A stretch of 64,000 nt of DNA from a virus, in the IMG/VR virus record IMGVR_UViG_3300049489_000321, positions 83,531 to 147,530 of that record. The stretch is one strand, 5' to 3'. Below are positions 58,254 to 64,000 of this stretch, in pieces. Under the pieces are notes generated by a model. It did not search any database. It worked only from the letters and a program-made list of their open reading frames with translations, and was not told where the DNA came from. A program made the translations under genes and the position numbers. Positions within the stretch are counted from its first letter, which is position 1. The number at the start of each line of letters is the position of its first letter.

Positions 58254-58475
58254 ATGACTAGAATCCCACCTAAATTCTTTACTACTAAAGCATACCTTAA
58301 CTGTGTTGTGCGTGGAATACCAGACGAACATGCCGATGAGCTTGTGGACAATAGTGTAAGAGCTTGTTTTGGTGTATGGTCTGTGACTTTGCCTTATCAG
58401 ATTTTTCAATACGATACTATTCAAAAGGAAAGATTTTTCTTTCGTCTAAACGCTAACTCTGTGAAGGAGTCTTAA
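58254..58475 (+). CDS. Hypothetical protein
   Basis: ORF track. Confidence 0.45.
   Translation: MTRIPPKFFTTKAYLNCVVRGIPDEHADELVDNSVRACFGVWSVTLPYQIFQYDTIQKERFFFRLNANSVKES
58454..58473 (+). promoter_or_regulatory. Phage promoter-like motif
   Basis: TAACTCTGT GAAGGAG TCTT; ATG at 58478. Confidence 0.65.
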
Positions 58476-58477
58476 AT

Positions 58478-58657
58478 ATGAAAGTTAGGTGGAATATCTC
58501 AACAGGATACGTAAATAGAATGCCGGGTTGGGTAGTAGAAATACCTGATGAAGATCTAGAAGATTGCACTGAATCTGAACGCGACTGCATTATTGACGAT
58601 TACGTCAATAATGAATTTAACAACAAAATCCAAACTTATTGGGATATTATTGAATGA
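58478..58657 (+). CDS. Small acidic protein (not in ORF track)
   Basis: MKVRWNISTGYVNR...EIPDEDLED...WDIIE, 59 aa; ATGA overlap. Confidence 0.65.
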   Translation: MKVRWNISTGYVNRMPGWVVEIPDEDLEDCTESERDCIIDDYVNNEFNNKIQTYWDIIE

Positions 58658-58929
58658 TCATTAACGTAACAAAAGAAGACATTAGATTAGGACGCCGGAA
58701 CAACTGTGAGCGATGTCCAATTGCTAGGGCTATTAAGCGCGTTTTTAGGCTTAAAAAAATAAAGTTCGAAAACGTGCAGGTTTTTAATGCCTACGCTAGA
58801 TGGTGGAGTGGCGACAAGTTCATGCAACGACGCCTACCGGCTAAATGTGACAAATTTATCGACAAGTTTGACGACACGTTTGATAAGAAACCTATGGTAA
58901 AGCCGTTTAAATTCAGGATTGGACTATAA
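58654..58929 (+). CDS. Hypothetical protein, paralog 1 (CxxCPIA)
   Basis: VTKEDIRLG...CERCPIARA...LP...FI.KFD...VKPF.F. Confidence 0.65.
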   Translation: MIINVTKEDIRLGRRNNCERCPIARAIKRVFRLKKIKFENVQVFNAYARWWSGDKFMQRRLPAKCDKFIDKFDDTFDKKPMVKPFKFRIGL

Positions 58930-58933
58930 CCAA

Positions 58934-58953
58934 TAACTTTGTGAAGGAGTCTT
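58934..58953 (+). promoter_or_regulatory. Phage promoter-like motif
   Basis: TAACTTTGT GAAGGAG TCTT; ATG at 58958. Confidence 0.7.
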
Positions 58954-58957
58954 AAAT

Positions 58958-59245
58958 ATGAAGATTAAAGTAGAAGTGACTGAGAAAGACATTAAGAGAG
59001 GTAAGCCTGTTTCCTGTAGTGGTTGTCCTATTGCGCTAGCATTTAGACGGGCTACCAAGACTACTAGTAGTTCTAAGAGAATGAAATACGTCGATGTAAG
59101 TGGCGGTTACGTCGGATTTGTCTATAAGAATGACGATTATTGGGTTGACCTGCCGAGGCGTGCGCAAAATTTCATTCATAAGTTTGATTTAGGCAAATCT
59201 GTTAAGCCGTTTAGTTTCGTTGTTAAGTTTAACCCGTATACATAA
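58958..59245 (+). CDS. Hypothetical protein, paralog 2 (CxxCPIA)
   Basis: VTEKDIKRG...CSGCPIALA...LP...FI.KFD...VKPF.F. Confidence 0.65.
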   Translation: MKIKVEVTEKDIKRGKPVSCSGCPIALAFRRATKTTSSSKRMKYVDVSGGYVGFVYKNDDYWVDLPRRAQNFIHKFDLGKSVKPFSFVVKFNPYT

Positions 59246-59273
59246 ACCGTTGTAAAAGAAAGGAAAATGACAA

Positions 59274-59468
59274 ATGACTAATATTATCAAGCGTTTTAAG
59301 AATGAGGATGGAGCTACTGCTATTGAGTATGGGCTGTTGGCTGCGCTGATTGCGGTGGCTATTATCGTAGTTGTGTCCGCAGTTGGACAGCAACTCGGTA
59401 ATACGTTTAGCAACGTTAACGACGAGCTTGCTAACGCGCACGCCGTTCAGGTCCAGCCTAATAATTAA
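59274..59468 (+). CDS. flp: Flp/Fap (Tad) pilin
   Basis: KRFKNEDG|ATAIEYGLLAALIAVAII: class III signal with E+5/Y+6 Flp motif; 64 aa. Confidence 0.9.
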   Translation: MTNIIKRFKNEDGATAIEYGLLAALIAVAIIVVVSAVGQQLGNTFSNVNDELANAHAVQVQPNN

Positions 59469-59737
59469 TGGCTAAGTTTACCTTCGTAGTTGGGTGCGGT
59501 ATAAGCCTTCATTTAGAAGTAGAAGCGGATAGCATCGAAGATGCGATTGATAAGGCTAAGGAAGCACCTGTTATGCAATTGTGCGGTCACTGTGCAGAAG
59601 GCTTCGAAGGCGAATGGTCAACCTCCGGTGAGCTAGACGGCACTCCAGGTGAACTTATCGAGCTTTGGAAAGACGATAAGCGCCTAAGCGCAGGCTCAGA
59701 CGAGCTTGAAGAGGCTATGTTGGCCTTTCTGAGTTAG
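59468..59737 (+). CDS. Hypothetical protein
   Basis: TAATG-coupled to the pilin; EVEADSIEDAI.KA; CxxC. Confidence 0.55.
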   Translation: MAKFTFVVGCGISLHLEVEADSIEDAIDKAKEAPVMQLCGHCAEGFEGEWSTSGELDGTPGELIELWKDDKRLSAGSDELEEAMLAFLS

Positions 59738-59747
59738 GTAGTTGAAA

Positions 59748-59810
59748 TTACCGATCGGGAACAAAGCTACAATTAGTCTAATAACTTTGTAGGATCTTCC
59801 TGATCGGTAA
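59748..59810 (+). repeat. Inverted repeat overlapping a promoter motif (59782-59801)
   Basis: TTACCGATCGGGAA ... TTCCTGATCGGTAA (13/14); motif TAACTTTGT AGGATCT TCCT. Confidence 0.7.
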
Positions 59811-59818
59811 GACACTTT

Positions 59819-59900
59819 GGGTCCTTGGCGTAACTGGCAGCCGCGCTCCGCTTAAGATGGAGTCCCGTAAGGGGTATCGGTTCGACTCCGATAGGACCTA
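59819..59900 (+). tRNA. tRNA-Leu (anticodon UAA)
   Basis: GGGTCCT/AGGACCT, CTCCG-CTTAAGA-TGGAG, long variable arm, ATCGG-TTCGACT-CCGAT, A73. Confidence 0.9.
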
Positions 59901-60070
59901 CTTTAGTAGCATTTTGATCTGTGCTACTTAAAACGAGGCTAATTGATCACTAGCAAAGTCCACAATAACACCAATACAGGCGAGTATGGATCTTTACCGG
60001 CTTACCGTGACCCCGTACGTGTTGTTGACTGAAAAGGAACAATGGAAGCTTGGTGAGTGCTTCCGCCTAC

Positions 60071-60141
60071 TCAGGGATCGTCTAATGGCAGGACCGGAGC
60101 CTTTGAAGCTTCTTATCTAGGTTCAAATCCTAGTCCCTGAA
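60071..60141 (+). tRNA. tRNA-Gln (anticodon UUG)
   Basis: TCAGGGA/TCCCTGA (U1-A72), GGAGC-CTTTGAA-GCTTC, CTAGG-TTCAAAT-CCTAG. Confidence 0.9.
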
Positions 60142-60163
60142 CTAACGTATAAAGGAATAAAAC

Positions 60164-61370
60164 ATGAGAAATATCTTAAACAAAGAAGCTGAGATTGGTT
60201 ATGACTACAGAGAAAGACGCTTCATCTTTGGAGCGGGTATGACAACATTCGTGTTTATGGTTCTTTTGTTTTATTGTCATGCTTGGAACAGCGGTCTTGA
60301 TAAAGGCTGGTCGTCAGGCTATCAAAGAGGCTACGACGACGCTGAAGAGAACCTCAAGTTGATTTACGACACGCAACTTCTTTTCATGCAAGAAGGAGAT
60401 GAAAATGAGTGACGATGAAGACTACGATCGTACCAAGGAGCTTGGTGTTATTGAAAATGTTTTTGTCGGTAAGGAAGACCACGGTATTCCTACCGTGAGT
60501 ATTATGATTACGTTTAATGACGGATTCACCAGCCAAGGATTCGGCAACCTCTGTCTTACCAAAGAGACTCAACCTGTCTACTTAGATAAGGTTTGTAGCC
60601 TTTTTGGAGTAGATCACTATAAGGAGCTAAAGGGTAAGAAATGTTATGCCCTTCGCTCATTTGACTGCTGGAATGAGTATATCGAAGGTATTGAGACTCT
60701 AGACGGTAAGCGGTTCACGCACACAGACTTTCGCTACGATGTACACGGTAGGAAAGACACCGTTCTAGAGCAACGTAAGAAAGACATGGAAGAACGTATT
60801 GCTCGTCACCATGAGGATATCAAGCGTCTAAAAGAAGAGATGAAGCACCTTGACGACGATTACGTACCATGGTCTTATATGGAGCAGCGTAAGCGCAAGC
60901 CACAAGCACGAAAGAAGCGTAAGAAGTGAAAGTAAATGGCAAGCGTGTTACTGATCGCAATCGTGTTCTATACAAATGCCAAGCACTTAGCGATTCTGGT
61001 AGGCGATGTAATAGGCAGTCTACTAGGAGCCCCAACGAGTACCTTGGTGACCCTACTGTAGTGTCTTGGACGGATCACAGAGTAGTTGAACAGCACGGCG
61101 GTGTTTGGGCAGTTAAAGTGTATCTGTGCCAAAAGCACGAAGATATGCTTAATCACGTAGAAGATTATGACTAACGAGCAGCTTCAGTGGTTAACAGAGT
61201 TTTTGCTCGCTAATAACCTAACTATAGATAACTTACCAATGTTATCACAGCTAGTGCTATATTCATACAACCAAGGTTGGAATTCTGCTATAAAAGAAGC
61301 GTCAAACGAATTAGCTAATATCGGCTGTGACTATGGTTGTAGGTTTGTTGTAGACCACCTAGTCAAGTAA
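60164..61370 (+). other. Hypothetical ORFs 60164..60412 (TM), 60399..60929, 60926..61174, 61167..61370
   Basis: Tiled overlapping ORFs. Confidence 0.55.
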
Positions 61371-61387
61371 CTTTGTGGAGTGTTCTT
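61368..61387 (+). promoter_or_regulatory. Phage promoter-like motif
   Basis: TAACTTTGT GGAGTGT TCTT; ATG at 61392. Confidence 0.7.
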
Positions 61388-61391
61388 GGAC

Positions 61392-62523
61392 ATGACTACT
61401 GTACTTAAGCCAGGTGTGTATGTTCTTTCTGAAGATGTGGAGAATCCTTCACCGGATCGCCGCCAGAAGTATGATTGGCGAGCCCACGCTGTTTGGCGTA
61501 AGGGTGATAGGTTTGACGTAGTTACTCGAATGGAGTATGGTTGGCCTGATAGGGATGAACTCGTTGAGAGCACACGCCTTCAGCGTTGTCAAGCACACGC
61601 CTCCCTTTACCAGTTTGGGCCTGGTTGCGAAGGTTGGGAATTGCTTGCTGCTAAGCTTACTCCTGTTGATGAGAATGTTGATGATATCCTGCGTCTGACT
61701 TATGATAAGACTTTCCTCGATGGTGACGACCTTGTGCGTCATATGGTGAACACTGGTAAGTGGTCGGTAGAGTACGTTAAGAGCCTTTTTACTGAACTTG
61801 ACGAACTTTCGAATAAGGAAGAGTAATTATGGGAATCAGGGTTTTTGAGGACAGTACGGGCGAAAAAGCTGTGCTTTATTGCTCTACTACCAACATGGCA
61901 TTTGGGCCTGTCATTCAGGACTATGCGTGGGCCAATGCAGTAGATGTTGCTGAGTGTTTTCTTGCTTGGTCCCGTCCTTACGGTGACCTTCGTAGGTTGC
62001 CATTTGACGATCTTTCTGGCCTTTATTCAAAGTTTTTGAATAGGCTTGAGACTAGACCTTTTACTTTAGATGCTTGTTTTACGTGTGGTAATATTCTTTG
62101 TGATACTGAGGTAGACGGACTGCCTTATCACAAGCATTGTGTTGACGTAAAGGAATAACCATGACTATTAACGACGTTTTTGATAAAGTTGTTGAACATA
62201 TGCTTAAGCAAAATCAGCGCGCTGTTGACAAAGACAACCGGTGCATGTACAAAACTGAGGATGGTCTTAAGTGTGCGGTTGGTTGTCTTATTAACGACAC
62301 CAACTACAGCACTACCCTTGAGCACCAGTCTATCAGGTCTATTGAAGCAGCGTTGAAACTGTCTGGCGTTCCTGTGGAGTCTAGTAGGGTTTTGCGTCTA
62401 CTTGAGGATCTTCAAGAGGTTCACGATCACACCGATCCTAATATGTGGTATTTCGCGCTTAAGGGTGTCGCGCAGCAACACGACCTGTTTTGTAAGCACT
62501 TGTCAAATGACGTAACTGTGTAG
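61392..62523 (+). other. Hypothetical ORFs 61392..61826, 61829..62158, 62161..62523
   Basis: Tiled; the last has the recurrent phage motif C.Y...G.KCAVGCLI...LQ.VHD. Confidence 0.6.
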
Positions 62524-62532
62524 TGGATTCTT
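62513..62532 (+). promoter_or_regulatory. Phage promoter-like motif
   Basis: TAACTGTGT AGTGGAT TCTT; ATG at 62539. Confidence 0.55.
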
Positions 62533-62538
62533 TGACAA

Positions 62539-63500
62539 ATGGATAATAAAGATCTTGAGAAGAGACTTAAAGAAATGGTGGATGAAGAGGCATACGTGGC
62601 ATGCGCGTTTGGATATGATTGGGCAATGGATGATTACTACCGCATTGCCTCGCGCGTAGCAGAGCTTGCTTTTGAGGTAGAGCGCAAAGAATGTGCGCTA
62701 ATTGCAGACGAAATTCGTGCTTTAAATCAAGGCGATCCAGGCGGTATCATGGCTGCTGCTGAAATTGCCCGGCGAATTTACCTACGATCTTCGTAACGTT
62801 AACGCTCACAACGCGATAGTAATTTTGTATAAAACTCTTAACCGGAGGTTGTCATGAGTCAATATACTAGGTTCCTGGCTGTTGGTCCCCACGTGTTTGG
62901 ATTTGGTAATACTCCTGAGGAAGCAATTAAGGTGGCTAGACGTTATGGCGCACCACGGGGTATGCGCTCTAAGGCATTTGGCGTGTATCACGCTAATAAT
63001 GAAACGTGGGTGGACGATTATGGCCGAGTTGGGGGCCTTGGCCCCCTGGTTGAAGGCTACAAGGATTGGCGCGATGAGTAAGTTCTATAAGGTTACGTGG
63101 GAGATTGATCTTGAAGCGAATAACCCTGAGCACGCTGCTAAGATCGCCGCTAGGTGGCTTGCAGAGGGCTCTGGTGACGGTGGTTGGTATCTCACCGTGA
63201 CGGACGAAAACAAGATTTCTACGGATTTTGACACTTCTACAATGGATTGGGAGGATTGCAATGGATAAGGGTATTATGATTTCTATTAACGATAAGGCTG
63301 CGCCTAACGCTAACCCTAACCGTGGTTACCATCCGTCTGTCTGCACGGTTGTCTTTCCTGATAACCTCACTGAGAAGGGGCAAGAAGCGTGGATTGAGGT
63401 AATTCGCCAGCGATTTAAGAATGACATGTGGAATTACCCACCTGTTCGTGTTAACGCTACTACTTGGGAAATCCATCACGGATACGATTCAGGCGACTAA
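62539..63500 (+). other. Hypothetical ORFs 62539..62796, 62854..63081, ~63074..63268, ~63261..63500
   Basis: Tiled ORFs. Confidence 0.55.
62820..62839 (+). promoter_or_regulatory. Phage promoter-like motif
   Basis: TAATTTTGT ATAAAAC TCTT, then SD GGAGG and ATG 62854. Confidence 0.7.
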
Positions 63501-63501
63501 G

Positions 63502-63521
63502 TAATTTTGTATAAAACTCAT
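63502..63521 (+). promoter_or_regulatory. Phage promoter-like motif
   Basis: TAATTTTGT ATAAAAC TCAT, then SD AAGGA and ATG 63550. Confidence 0.65.
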
Positions 63522-63549
63522 AACCGTACATTTTGTTAAAGGAAATTCG

Positions 63550-64000
<451 letters not shown>

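Noticed and set aside
59934-60005. RNase P RNA-like words (GAGG..AAAGTCC and CCGGCTTA)
   Set aside because: The P4 pairing is incomplete and the region is far too short; kept only as a generic structured spacer
528-63479. Numerous minus-strand and alternate-frame ORFs in the track
   Set aside because: They shadow well-supported + strand genes and show no recognisable motifs; the longer ones occur in GC-rich islands where stop codons are rare
41984-63521. Repeated motif as a CRISPR array or attC-type cassette site
   Set aside because: Copies are degenerate, non-palindromic and separated by whole genes at irregular distances; no cas or integrase gene in the window

Overview
A 64-kb segment of a large lytic tailed dsDNA phage with a contractile-tail baseplate. 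It is mostly AT-rich, every credible gene is on the + strand, and it reads cleanly in the standard code. 1-16.8 kb: baseplate/tail genes, a holin-like protein, a Spherulin-4/GH135 glycoside hydrolase and a spanin-like pair. 16.8-37 kb: replication, recombination and nucleotide metabolism (SF2 helicase, J-domain protein, class II RNR, HNH, DnaB-like helicase, DNA MTase, family A polymerase, ThyX, UvsY-like, SSB, RecA, MazG, Mre11/Rad50, RNase H, resolvase). 37.7-40.2 kb: GpA-type terminase large subunit followed by a candidate small subunit. 40-64 kb: dense accessory region of small ORFs with three tRNAs (Ile-UAU, Leu-UAA, Gln-UUG), an Flp pilin, an alarmone hydrolase and GC-rich mosaic islands. 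The main signals outside standard annotation are four. (1) A 13-copy promoter-like motif, TAAYTTTGT-N7-TCTT, usually 24-26 nt before an ATG (apparently leaderless), plus a 3-copy AGTGTCR-N11-TAYAAT class before replication genes. (2) A ~370-nt structured non-coding region ending in a 58-nt CCA-terminated tRNA-like element with no anticodon arm and an alternative pairing. (3) GC-rich genes built from shared short DNA blocks. (4) Host-surface functions (Flp pilin, GH135, Cys-rich lipoproteins) that suggest a high-GC Gram-negative host, possibly a myxobacterium (inference). All family assignments come from motif recognition by eye; no searches were run.
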